NCBI GenBank assembly: GCA_011109175.1
Contig: RDEW01000018.1
Coordinates: 78,895 to 142,894 of the forward strand
DNA length: 64,000 nucleotides
Direction: 5' to 3'
DNA from: Dicyema japonicum
Taxonomy: Eukaryota > Animalia > Dicyemida
The notes under the pieces were generated by a model. It made no database searches. It was not told the origin of the DNA and saw only the letters and a program-made list of their open reading frames with translations. Shown here one piece after another: positions 46,891 through 60,400 of the stretch (its first letter is position 1; every line of letters starts with the position of its first letter). The position numbers and the translations under genes are program-made.

Positions 46891-46897
46891 TTAATAA

Positions 46898-47580
46898 ATT
46901 ATTATTATTAACCCAAGAACACCAATAGTTAATTTAATTACTAAATTAATTAAGTGATCTCGAAGGCCTCAATCAGAATTCTCATTTTCTCCTCGTGTGC
47001 CTTCTGGGATCCAACACAACTTCTCTGTGAGCGAGGTGGTTTCGGGAATAGGAATTGGAGAGGGGTGATGTATACTCTTCTAACAAGACACGTCGTGGCT
47101 GTGTATTGTTGAGAGTTGCACTGCTTGCACAGGGTAGCAAATCCCTTTCCATTTTGTCGGATAAGGTCTTCAAGTGATGAAGGTATTAGTTTTTCTAGTT
47201 TCCCGAGATTACTAATAGTAGTGGCTGTTAAGGCCTGAATGTCCCGGATTCTTTGTTTGTTCGTCCAGGACAGATTGATTCCCCATGACGTACAGGCATA
47301 GCTGACAGATGGCTCAATGAATTGTTTGTACAACAATTTCAAAGCTGGGAAAGGGGTTTTAATGCCACCGAAAATAGTTTTGAATTATCCCTAGCTTTCT
47401 TAAGCAGCTTCCAGAGAAAAAAACATGTGTGTGTCGAAGGTGATCCCCAAGATCAGTTTCTTCGTGAAAAGTATTTTTGTCTGGTTGATAAGGTTCACGG
47501 CTAATTCGTCTAAAACAATTTGTCTAATTAACAATTCTTCTAAATCGTCATGTTTGTCTAATTGGATCGCACCACCCTAA
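46898..47580 (-). mobile_element. Vingi-like 3' portion (second subfamily)
   Basis: ILGITFD, LYKQFIEPSVSYA; closely similar to 62010-62590. Confidence 0.85.
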
Positions 47581-47629
47581 TATATGGAAATTTATCGAGT
47601 GTCTGAAAAAAGAACAAAATTTGAATGAA

Positions 47630-49400
47630 TCATTATTATTTTGAGCACTTCACGAGAGCCATACTAATTATAGCCCCGCATGTGCAGCAAAAGAAACAAG
47701 GTTAGATGTCATCCTTTTCCATGCTCCCCTGTTCCTAGCCAAGGCTCTCATGTTGTCCAGGTCGTCGGCATTTATTAGATTTTTTTGATATTGACCAGGT
47801 CTTTTTGTAAGACTATTGGCAGTGTTTTCTTGGTCTTCCACGATAGCGGCCTTCTTGCTAACATAGTATGTTTCCATAGATATGTTAGTGGGGATGTTAA
47901 TTCCATCCTCAGCACGTGTCCGAAGAGCTTCCATCGGGATTCCAGTACTTCTAAGCTGATATAGTGCTGCATCTCTTATATAAAGCATTTATCGATATTC
48001 TCGTAGGCCAAGTAGTTCCTGTTATTTTTCTCAGCTGACCTCTGTGGAACGAGTCTAGTTTTTCCATATCCGCTGATGAGGTCGCCCAAGTTCCAGCGTT
48101 ATATGAATGAGTCGTATAATAGGATTCTCATTTTCGTGTCGATGCCTTTTTGATTGAGCCATAGATTCTTCAGTTTATATAACGCAGCATTGGCTAGAGT
48201 TTTCCTACGTAAAATATCTTCGCTATCTCCCAAAGTGAACCGAGTTTTTTACTTGTCGCCACTTTCTTCTAGGACGTTACTCATCCTTCTTATCTCTGTG
48301 AGTTCTGTTTTCTCTCTGTTCACAGTAAGAAACCATTTCCCTAGTACATCTGGTGCTTTTTCTAATAGGTTTTCCAGGACCTCTTTGTCTTCAGAAAATA
48401 GGTCTACATCGTCCGCGTAGATTACTTCTTCCGTCTTTCCTTGGTATAACGGTCTAAGTTCCCTATTAGCGGCTTCCAAATAAATTGTGAATAGTAGATG
48501 AGAAAGAGAGTCTCCTTGGGAGTGCCCGTGTTTGTTTCAAATTTTCTTGAATAGGTCTTTCCGACTCTCACAAGGAGCTCAGTGTTAGAAAGTAGAATTC
48601 GGTCATCCTTAGACTCGATTCATCAAGAAATCCGTTCAGTACCCTTATTAATTTGTTCCTGTTAACCGTATCAAAAGCTCTTGATAGGTCAATTCCCAGA
48701 TTATTTGTGGCGTTACGGTATCTTTGATATGTTACACACCTTTATCTGTGACTCCAGACCGCATCAGCTATGGATCTCCCTTCTCGAAAACCACTTTGAC
48801 TATCTGGTAGGTATTTGTAAGCAAATCCTTTTATTTGTTCAAGCAAAATGTTTGCTAAGACTTTGCGTAATGAATTTAGTATGATGGGTCACAAATTATT
48901 GAGCGGTCCTCTGGTTTTGTTGATTTTTTGTATGGGGATTAGTAGTCCCGTACCCAGAGGTAGAGTTGAGTTAGTTAAAAACATTTCATTTAGTAGTGTA
49001 GCGATTTTTTCAAAAAGGAGGTCAGGGCCGTATTTTAGTAATTCTGGGTTTATCGCATCTGGTCTGGGGCTTCTGTTATTCTTGAGTTTTCGGCAGGCCG
49101 TTTTGATTTCCTCGGCCGTGATTGGTATCTCCAGGGGTCTTGGCCTTCCATCAAATGGGTGGATTTCTATGATTTTGATGTTGAAAAGCTTCTCAAAATG
49201 AGCCGCGATGACTTCAGTTTGTTCTTTGGTGTTCAGTATCAGCTTACCGTTCTCGTCTTTTATGGTTAGTCGACTTAGATTTGTTGGCCGCAGCAAACGG
49301 GCAGCGACGTACACCTGTGCGTTGTCTTTCACTTTATTTACTTTTCCATATCCTATAGTGGAGTATTCATTAGAATATAATAGACACCGGATGGGTGAGG
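47630..49400 (-). mobile_element. 5'-truncated RTE-like LINE
   Basis: SPRPDAINPELLKY, DLSRAFD, YADDVDL and RWKLFGHVLRM motifs. Confidence 0.9.
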
Positions 49401-49619
49401 ATAAACTCAAGAGGGGGATTCTTTAAGAGTATTGGACAATATTTGAATTATTCCGAGTCAGAAACTAACACTCAAGTATGTAGCGAGTTAGTTGAGTCCT
49501 AAAGAAACACAAAGGATATAATTATCTGGATGTTACCGAAACTTTTTTGTAAAAGAACAGCGTAATTATGTAACTCGACATCTTTACTTAAAAAAGTCAA
49601 ACGTGACCGACTTTCTGGA

Positions 49620-50590
49620 ATTTATCGTGAGTCGGTTCTTCATTACCCAGGCGTTGAGTCGGTCCAGGTTAATTTGTAATCTTTCTGTAGCATTTTAAAT
49701 ATCCCGATCACGCGTAGCCAAAACAATGTCGTCCGCATATGTGAGTAGAACATCGTTATTGGATTCCGGTGTCCTGAGGTCTGCCATTTATTGAATAAGA
49801 CGGGGGATAAGGAGATAAGCCGGTAATGGAACATGCATAAAGGGATAGTGGAACATAAGACTGTTTTCAAATACCTTGGTTTGTTTGAAAATCCATCTCT
49901 AATGAAGTTGGTTAATTTCTGTAGGTACGTTGATGTAGAACAATCGCTCTTGAATCCGTGTTGAAAATCCTTTTCTGGAAAAAACCTTTGATTCTCCCAA
50001 GCACAAACTTCTCCAGGATTTTCGATATGGTACATAACAATGACACAGGTCTAAATGATGCCGGATTCTCCTTAGGTTTTCCAGTTTTCAGTATAGGTCG
50101 GATGTTGGCTTGCTTCCATAACAAAGGTATAACGTAATAACGTACGTTGTTCTTGTAAAACGCAGCGCATTTTTAACGTCTTCATCCAAGAAGTAAACTG
50201 GTTAGAATCCTTTTTCTGTTTTCTCCATGGAGAGAGAAACATTTCTGACTTCATGTGTTCTTTGTACGAAACTTTTGTGTAGAATTTTATAAATTGTTAA
50301 CGTCTTCGGGGGAAGTTTCTTTTCCCACATTTCGGATGGCTTTCCACACTTCTCCGGTACTAGGGTTGCTTACCTTTGTAAGAATCCGATTCCACTTCAA
50401 TTTCTGGGCCTTGAACTCTCTGGCCTTTATTTCGTTGTTTAGAGCTCTGATCCGGAGTTTCGTTTCTAATGTGATCCAATTAGATTTTTGAGGTGATTTC
50501 TTTCTTTGATCAATGCCGACTTCCCTCGACCATTAGAGGAGTTTAGACGATGCTTGGGATCTTGCTTCTAGGATTGTGCAAGTAAGATCT
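49620..50590 (-). mobile_element. Vingi-like linker and RT fragments
   Basis: WKQANIRPILK, SFRPVSLL, QHGFKS, LSPVLF and YADD motifs. Confidence 0.75.
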
Positions 50591-51200
50591 TCATCTTCTA
50601 CTATGCAATAAGTATGGTTTTCGCCAGGTGCAATCTGTAGTAGAGAACACCATGGTAAAAATTAAGGTAGACAGTGTTATCCGCACCTCGGTGCTAGTCA
50701 AGCACAATAAACCGGACATTGTGGTACACGATAAGGAGTCTGGCCAAGTCCTTATCATAGAAGTTGGCATCACGTCTCAAGACCGTTTGCAGACTGTGGA
50801 GGTGGAGAAAAAAGAAAGTATGACTTTCTTGCAAACGAGATGGGGCAGATGCTTGGTTGCAAGGTCCTCGTTATTCCTATTGTAATGACGTGGGAAGGAA
50901 TTGCAACAAAGTACCACAAGGGTTATCTGAAGCAGTTGGGGGTAGATAGGAAGCTCCAGGCTTATCTACAGTCCACTGTGTTAAAGCGGACTTTAGAGAG
51001 CCTGACACTGTAGTATAGGAGGCAGAGCCCTGAGATGCCATATAAGTATAGGGTTCAATTGGACAAGGCGCTTTCGGAGTTGTTTCAGCAACCAGAATCG
51101 AACCTGCCTGAGGAGGTTGGCGAACAGGCAGGCAAGGAAAAAACAACGTTGTTTCCATATTGTTGATTATTAAATATATTAACTTTTTTATTGTTGGTTA
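50590..51200 (+). mobile_element. R4/Dong-like RLE 3' part
   Basis: NKPDIVV, IIEVGIT and VMTWEG motifs; near-duplicate of 31010-31640. Confidence 0.85.
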
Positions 51201-51274
51201 AATAAAGTTCTCATTATATAAATAAATGTATATAAACAAAATTATTTAGTTATAAGTTAAAATTTAAAATTATA

Positions 51275-51640
51275 GAGGCCGGATGGAATGACGTTGTTCC
51301 CATACTCCCACGGAAAATCACTTGTCTGGGGCTCAAAGTGTGTGGACACCTTCTCAGGAGCCAGATTGCTGATGCCACTCTCCTGGAGACGCAACCGACC
51401 AGGCGAAGGTCAGGAAGATCCATAAGTACGAATCCCTCGGAGACCATTACCATTTCGCCCCAATTGCTGTGGAGACCACTGGAACTGTAGGCGCGAAGAC
51501 GGAAGCCTTTCTCCACAGCATTGGAAGCAAACTCGCCTCAAAAAGGTGCGAGCCACAGGAGGGAATCTGGTTGAGGCAGAGGCTCGAAATGACGATCATC
51601 AGTAGTAACGCCTTCTCCATTCTGTCGTCCTAATTATTTC
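51275..51640 (+). mobile_element. CRE-like RLE 3' fragment
   Basis: RPDGMTLFPY...KSLVW, AVETTG and WLRQRLE motifs. Confidence 0.8.
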
Positions 51641-51779
51641 CTAATTTTTATTATTGAACTTTCATTGTAATAAAAAATATTATTTTTTGCTAAAAAAAAT
51701 AAAAAGTTAATTTTTTTAGGTTAAAAAATTTCCCTAGTATAAGTGTCGTATTTTTAGGCATAAAAAGAGAATTCGATAT

Positions 51780-52735
51780 TGGAGCATTCAGTAGTTTTGA
51801 CATCCTGCATTATCAAGTAATAATAATATTTTTCTTTGGTGAGTAACCAATTTCTCATTTAGCTTGCATAACCAGCTTTTAAAAATGTTCCCAGTCATCC
51901 ATGCACTTTTGGAAGCTGAATATAAAACACCAAAATCTTCAACATCGAAATTTTTGAAACAGCGAGGTTTATTATATTTCTCAATAATCAATGGTTCAAG
52001 TTTTTCACCCTCATTATTGCAATATAGAAGTACTGTAATTTTTTCTTGCGATTGTTTGTATCCAGATGGTTGATAATCACTTTCAACAAATGACTTTCTT
52101 AGTGTCATTTTTATATAGAGTGATGTTTCATCTCAATTGAACACATTTCCTCTTCCATATTCAATTATTTTCTTATCAAATTTATTAAAATGGGCATTTA
52201 TTTGGGATAAATCGCAGGAATCTTTTTAGCAGCTTATTGTTTTAAATTTACTTCATGTCTGACCTTAAATCAGTCTAGCCAACCATTAGATCCTTTGAAA
52301 GAATTAAATCCAATTTTTGATGCAACAATAAAGCCTATTTTTTAATGATTGGCCCTGATGTTGGAAAATTATGTTCTCTGAGTTTCTAGAATATTTCAAA
52401 TACATTGTGATCAAATAATTTATGTCTTTCTGATGTTGTAGTAGTCTCATCTTCAGTTTAACTCTTCCATCGCGTAATTAGGGAACAATGGTTTTTTTAT
52501 TCGTGCAATCGTTTTTTTACTGGTTTTATATTTAATAATTAGCTGTCGTTCCGATAATTCTTTTTTTAAATCGATTTTGCAATTTTTAATTTTGTTTTAT
52601 AATCAAGAAGCATATTATATTTCGTAACAATAAGGATAATGATTAAACGTTTTACGTTTTACAAAAATAGATTTAAAATTATATATAATTTAATATTTAA
52701 TAATTTTAATATTTTCTGGTGCCCCGGTTTTTGGG
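51780..52735 (-). mobile_element. Tigger/pogo transposase, degenerate
   Basis: FKGSNGWLDRF-like, SAWMTGNIF and LLLLDNAGC motifs. GCCCAAAAACCGGGG near 52720-52735 resembles the subterminal repeats at 11905-12005. Confidence 0.8.
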
Positions 52736-52749
52736 CTATATGAATCCCG

Positions 52750-52865
52750 TCAGTTCAAGAGAGACATTCTTCTTGGATTGGGGTTAGCAAATGATTCTTT
52801 TTACTGTGTGACTAAATCCACAGTTGGCGCCACCAGGAACGGCGAAGCACATGGCGCGCGCTAAT
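52750..52865 (-). mobile_element. Diverged partial copy 3 of the SINE-like retroposon core
   Basis: CATGTG..C.GCC......GGTGGCGCC...AAAA.AATCATTTGCT..CCCCA.TCCA is shared with 46670-46750. Confidence 0.7.
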
Positions 52866-53239
52866 TTAAATACATGTTTTGAAAATGATAATGAAATATC
52901 AAATATAACACCAAGTATTTTATAGTTTTTAATGACAGGAAGGAGACTGTTGTTAAGAAACAACGTTGTTTCCATATTGAATGACGACGTTCAGTTGTGA
53001 AAAGCCTTTCTTTAGAAGGAATGAGGAGATTTTGGTCCAACCAAGAAGAAATTTTTACAATAATTATTGATAGCGTGAAGAAATTATGATATCGTGGGCA
53101 TAAGAAAGGAGTGTGTTCTGGTTTATTGGTAAGCTTTCTAGATGATTAAATAAGGCCGAAAAAACAGACCCTTTACAAACGTCATTTGGATGGTATCGAT
53201 AACGAGAGTACGTAACCTGCACCGACACGTTTGCCCCTA

Positions 53240-53515
53240 GTAACCTACTCCAGAGTGCCTCTGAAACCTGTTCTGCCGCTGAGAAAGCCGAGATGTTGAA
53301 ATGGGTAAAGTACACGGTCCTACCCAATGATTTTTTGTTCGTTCCATTCGCCGTTAAAACGTCTGCTTCCCTTGCACCTGTGACGCTGGAATTCTTGAGT
53401 CGTCTAGGAAATCAGATTTCTAACGACCGGGAGACCCCCGTGAGCGCTGCTGGTTATTTGAGCGAATTTCGTTCGCCATCATGAGAGGGAATAGCCATGC
53501 AGTCAGAGCTAGATA
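53240..53515 (+). mobile_element. CRE-like 3' fragment
   Basis: Similar to 12140-12415 (KYTVLPNDFLFVP). Confidence 0.8.
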
Positions 53516-53895
53516 TTTTCAGGTGATGACCTCGAAAGATAACAAAGATTTGAGTTTAGAAAGTCAGTAGCATGGGAGACTGGTGGGAATCGTCCGGCTT
53601 TTTCGAAATAAATCAACAGTTCAAGATGGGATGTGAAAAAACATAACATCGACTTTAAAAGACGGGAAGGATGTTCAAGAATAGTCCTTGAAAACACGCT
53701 CGGTCTCATTCATATATGAATCCCATTTTCGCGTTTATAGTTAATGTATGTCTTCTTACTCCTCAAGTTAATGGGCTATTGGTTTTAGTAATGGACGCTA
53801 ATCAAAAAAAATTCATTTATATTTAAACATCTAAATATATATATTTAAAAATTAAAAATATGAATATAATTAAATTCAAAAAAATTTGTTGGCCT

Positions 53896-54563
<668 letters not shown>

Positions 54564-54639
54564 GATTTTCGGACTTTAGATTTGGTTTTTAAATTATTTT
54601 TTCTTTTATTTTAATTTATTACAAGCATATTTATTATGG

Positions 54640-56140
54640 AATTATTTTTATTCAAAGATATTAATATACTTGATATTCTTTGTGTAATAGATTTGAATTT
54701 CTTGTTGTTGTGGAAACTTGTCACAAAGTAGAAGATTCGTCTGAATTTGGGAAACAAAACGTTAGGAGAAGTAAAAATAAAAAGAGGAATTCTGTAGGGG
54801 GACTCTCTTTTTCCTCAGATGTTTGCTTTGCTAATGGACCCTATCAGTCTAATGCTGAAAATTTCCGAAAGTAACGATGGCAAGTCCGATAAATGTGGAA
54901 CCAACGTATACGACGAATCACTTACTATTTATGGATGATATAAAGTTATTTTTTGCCACAGTCACTCAATGGAAATGATGTTGGAGGAAGTTGAATCTTT
55001 TTTTGATGCACCCTGGTTGGAGAGAAATTTTGACAAATCTGCAACAAACGTGAAATCCTTGTCCGAGAAAACTCGTTTCCTCGATGGATTGGATGGATTC
55101 CGATATCATGGAGTTCTTGAAGATAAGAACAGTAATGTTCTTAAAGGAGAAATATGGATAAAATTTATGAAGAAGCTTCTAAGCGGATCAAAAATTTGAC
55201 GAAGACGAATTTAAACTCAGTAAACCTGTTTAAGGGGATGAACGAGTATGCATTCTCACTATATAATTATTACATTTGATTAATTGGTATCGAACCGACA
55301 AAATTTGAACAGATCGATAAAAACATTCCAATAATTTTTATGGATACAACATACACTTGTAACCGGCAGACAAAGAAAGACTTTATCTACCAAGAAATAA
55401 ATTTGGAAGAGGCCTCGATTCTGTCAGTAACGAATACTCCTCCGATTTTATGGTGACTTGGAATATGTTTCAAAATACTGCCTAAAAAGAGCGGGAATAC
55501 TACGGGTTATTAATTCAAAGAAAACACACGTGGACACTATCGAAGAATTAATTTCCCGAAAGTACAACATTGAGAATATGAAGGACTTGACAATGTTTAA
55601 ATTGATGGAAATACACCATGAATATTTATTAGGAAAAATTGAAAGAAACCGTTGCACTCTATTTATTTCAGTGTTTGAAAGACACAGAAGTGAATATTGC
55701 TGAATCCTCTGGATGGCTAGTGCATGGAAATCACTCCCCTATAACCGAGGGAAGGCTGTGTCTATTTCATGATCGTAACATGTTTTTTTATAACGGAGAA
55801 ACTAATTGCGGACATTGTAACTCAGCAAAGAAGACCGTCGATCACTTTGTAACTAGGTGTGGGAGAATGTTTAAAAGCTAATATCTCAGGCGGCATAAAG
55901 AAGTGGTCAGATGTTTACACCTACATCTTTGCCGTCAATATGGAATAAGAAAAACTAAGAAGACTCATTCAGTACAATCTGTTGTCGCAAATGAATTTTC
56001 GGAGATTCGTGTAGACACAACGATCAGTACGGATACGGCTGTAATGAATAACAAACCCGACATTTTTGTTTATGATAACAAAAAAATACGAATACTCTTG
56101 TTGAAATTGGGATCACTACGCAAAACTTCCAATCATCTTT
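54640..56140 (+). mobile_element. R4/Dong-like RLE retrotransposon (RT, zinc knuckle, RLE), degenerate
   Basis: RGIL.GDSL, NHLLFMDDIKL, CGHCNSAKKTVDH...C, RRHKEVV and NKPDIF motifs. Confidence 0.88.
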
Positions 56141-56249
56141 TGATTAAAATTATATTTTTATAAAAAAATTTGTAGTTATTTTTTACTTCAACAAAGATTT
56201 ACAATAATGTTCAACAACTTCAAGACAACTCCCCATTTTGACCAGAATT

Positions 56250-57250
56250 ATTTTTGGTAGACACCCATAAAATTTTGATGATATTTCTCACAATAGATGA
56301 AGTTATAAACTTTTTGAACAAAAATATTCTCATGGCGCGGAGAACATCAATTCCGTGCGGATCATTTAAATTCTACAATGAAAAAATCGATCATAACACC
56401 AAATCATTAATTAAAAAAAGGAACTGCCTAAAAAGATACGTATCTTTCTTTCTCAAACAGAAAAATCAAACAAAAATTCTAAATGACGAAATATCAAAAA
56501 GATTAGAAGAGCTGAAGCCAATTACTGGGACAAACTAGTATCTTCCCTTTTATTTCAGAAATCCGCTCAGACGATATGGAGAGAAATCAAACAATTTGTC
56601 CCAAAAGGAAATTTTAACAGACAACAGACAGATGAGCAAATCTTAACAAACTTATGAAATATTACTCCAGTATAAGTTACAAAACTTCAAGAAAATGGAT
56701 AGGCCTTCTTTATCCTCAATGAGACCGAAGAGAACCCAGCCGATTAACTTTATCTCACATTCAGATGTCAGGGAGGGTTTGAAGAGGATAAATTCCTCCC
56801 TCTCATGTGGCCTGATTCTATCCATGGTATTGAAACACCTTTAACCTATTGCGATTGATGCAATCACAGTGATCTTCAACTATTCAGTAAACATGAATAC
56901 CATTCCAAATATCTGGAAACTGCCCTATATACGCCCAATCTTTAATCATTTCGACCAATCTCTTTACTATGCACCTTATCAAAATTACTCGAAAAACTAA
57001 TTCTTAATCTTATAACCCCGTCCCTTCCTTTTTCATCTTCACAAAATGGATTCAGAAGGGGTTATTCAACTTCTACCCACCTCACTGCCCTCAACCATTT
57101 TATCCTTAAAGGCTTTAGCACAAATATTCGCCACCTCAAACCGTCGTTTCTTCGATCAATTTACAAAGGGACTTCGACTTTGTCTCCAGGAAAATCCTAA
57201 CCCGGAAATTGTTCAGCCTCCCGTAACCCCAATGTAAAACTCTGATTGCA
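56250..57250 (+). mobile_element. Vingi-like linker and RT fragments
   Basis: SLSCGPD-like, IPNIWK and PYIRPI motifs; similar to 820-1600. Confidence 0.7.
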
Positions 57251-57919
57251 AAATTCATCAATGGAAGAGGGACCGGATGGATGGGACGCTTGTGAACGTA
57301 CATAACAACTGGATCTCTGTTCTTGTTGAAGTTCGAAAGCTAAAAAAGGATCCTTTAAGCTACTTTCCAATTAGGCTTATTTTTATTAGGATTTTTGTAT
57401 TAGAATTATTTGTTGTGCTACCTTCCTATCAGATCTGTAAAAGATATTCCTTTAAAACAAGCACAGTTTCTAAGGACTATGATTTCAAGTATTGGCCTGT
57501 TAATTTTCAAACTAAATGTGAGGATTTGTCAATTCTTGCGGAATTGAGTTCGGATTGGTCCCTAAATAAATTTTTAAATCTTTTATTTATTTGGATTATA
57601 ATGAGACTGGTTGGACATCCACTTGTATATCCAGGTTCAATGGAAATAACTAAAATTACTTTGAACCCATTCTTAATGATGGTCGCTCTTCACTCATAGA
57701 AAAGGTAACATCTTTATATTTTATTAAACTAAATGCTAAATAAGGTCAAAAAGGAAAAAAATCACCTTGAGTGGTCGTTAAGATGACTTTGAAAGCTAAT
57801 TCCGAACTCCGACCCTTATATCATCTGGATAAAAGACAAATCATAAATAGCGAGCTACAGGCAAGGAGGACTTAGAATAAAAATAAAATAGAAATAGAAT
57901 GAACTAAACTAATATATTG

Positions 57920-58776
57920 TCAAATCTGTAAATCAATATCATTATAATCTTCTGGTAGGAAAGAGTTTACAAAAGAATTCAAACTTTCCTGATCAGATGA
58001 TAAATTTAAAAATAAATTAGTTGATTCAATCTTTATTGTTTTTTTCTCAGTCTTTTTCAAACAAAAGTGAGTTTGATCCTCAAACATTTTGGGACTTTGT
58101 TCTTTATCCTCCTCCTGAGGACTAAATACAAACCACGCCCATAAGCTCATACTTCGAAATCCTGTCCAAACAAAAGTAATAAAAACTAAAATTATTAAAA
58201 ATAAATTACTAAAGGAATGCAAAATCGATAAGAAAAATTTGCGTAAAAAGAAAAACCCAAAAGCAAAACTAAAAGCAATGAATAAAAGACGAAAATATAG
58301 CCCTTTAAATTAATTAAAATGAACTTTCTTAATAAATGTTTCATTTTTAATGATTTTCTTGAAATAAATAAATGAAGTGTAGAAAAGTGTGAAAATAATA
58401 GATAAAGTTATATTTTCATTATGTATTATTTCTTCATTTAACCTATATTAAATTATAAGTTTAAAAACTCTTGGTTAACGACTTTTGTAGCTCGTATTGT
58501 CAAATCTAAAAATAAATAACAAATCAACAATTTAAATAATTAAGTGCAATGAGAAACCCGCAAAGTGAAAAAATAAACCCAAAAACACCATAAAATCTAA
58601 AATATAGATCACAAGAAAAACCGCATTGAAAGTAAATAAATAGCGCAGAACGATATTGTCAACGGTGGATTCCTCCATAAAAGTAAATTTAAAAATAAAT
58701 TTTCCGTGTTCCTTTCTTGCATGATATTTTTTTTAATTAGCTCGTAATTAGCATAATAGTCAGACGTGTAAGACAT
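57920..58776 (-). CDS. Probable multi-exon hydrophobic ER membrane protein (reticulon-homology-like)
   Basis: ATG at 58776; LLLWRNPPLTISF followed by long hydrophobic exons separated by 21-26 nt GT-AG segments; hydrophilic C-terminus. Exon phases are not fully resolved and the family call is tentative. Confidence 0.4.
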
Positions 58777-58985
58777 TGGTTTAAAACATAAATTATTTAA
58801 ATTATATTTTAAATTAAATAAATTGATTATAATATTTATTGAAATTCTCATTATTTTACTGTTAAAACAAAAGTTTTTATTACATTTTTGGTTAAACTAT
58901 AAGTTCTGGGACGCTGGAACGAGTCAGGATCAAGGAGTTAGTTAGTTTGGTTACCCTTGGTCTTTGGAATAATTTTAATTTAAAT

Positions 58986-60400
58986 TGGTGACGTCTCTTT
59001 ATAGCACAGAAAAATTCTCTTATCACCATACGACAATAAGGATTCTTTAACTCTGTTTTCTAAACGCAAAAGTGTTGGCCATATGTTAGCACAATAAAGA
59101 GTATCAATGATCGGATTAGCATTATGAAAATCCGTTATGCTAAAAACAAGAATTCTTAGCTATCAATTATAAACGTTTTCTTTTACAAAGAGGAGATTTA
59201 AAAAAAAACATAGAAGTGGTAGAAGAGTTTTATGATTCCCTTTCAAGTATATATGCAGAACCGTCATCGTCATTTTTCTTATTTCTTGCCATAGACTGGA
59301 ATGCTAGAGCTTGCAGAGCACATAATAGAGACCTATGTACAAGATAAACAGAAGGAATCTTTTTTATTTTTATTTATTTATTAAATCCAGGCTTAAAAAT
59401 TTAATAATCCCAGCGCAAACAGTCAGATTTGACGAATCTTTTTTGTGAATAAATGGTTGAATTTTGCAACATGAACCATTTTTATCTGTGCGATATCAAA
59501 CAATCAGCAAGGCACATTGTCACATGGACTGGGACAAGAAGAAACCAACATGATACATTAATCAAAATAAAAAATCAAACATCTTCAAAAAGCATATGAA
59601 CGGAGGATAATTGAAGTACTGGTAAATGAAATTGAAAATATAAAAATGGAACGTGGATGTTCAAGATGATTCATCTTTTAGAGAAAGAATACCCAAAAAC
59701 ATCCATATACAATATGAAAAAGGATACATATTCACTGATAGCGACAAGAAGATATTCCTTATAATTCCAACAGAAAAACCTGGGAAGGACGACAACTGCA
59801 GACGCTGTTTAGGAGCACAGATGGTATGTGGTACTACGCAAAAAAATATAAAACGCAAATAAATATTCTGAGGATAGACTTTTCGAGGGTCTTTAATACA
59901 GTAAACAGAAACAAACTGATGAAGGTTCTCGAAAAATATGAAATTCATTAAACGGCATGTTGCTGGGTGACACTCGCTTCACAGTCAAACTGAAAAATGC
60001 AGACATAAAACATTTTTTAAAACTTTTCAGAAACTCCAACCTAATTGAACAGATATTATACAGAAGATACCCGCGTATTCAAGAGAATACTATACGTACT
60101 ACAATGGTTCTTAAACGTATATATAAGAAAATGTGTCCAAAAGACGAGAGCTGGCGGGAAAAAAATTGGGTTAGTTGCTTTGGGACGACGAAAACCTAAA
60201 AAACAGAAAAAGGCTATCCATAATCGCCTAAACTAACTGAAGTAGAATTGGTCTTAAAAAGCGTCTGAGAGTCTACAATGAATTCGTAGTCGAAATTCTA
60301 GTAAATAATGCAGCCACGTGGGATTATAAAACAGTGAACTAAGTAGACTCGAAACGTTTCATAGAAGGCGGAAAAGACGAATATACTCAGTTTACAAAAT
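58986..60400 (+). mobile_element. Heavily deleted RTE-like LINE
   Basis: 5' TGGTGACGT motif, DWNAR, RARHIVTW, IDFSRVFNTVNR and LGCFLG-like motifs. Confidence 0.7.

Noticed and set aside
57277-57699. 140-aa ORF
   Set aside because: Starts in RT-like sequence (KDPLSYFPI); remainder unrecognisable and possibly antisense to exons of a minus-strand gene.
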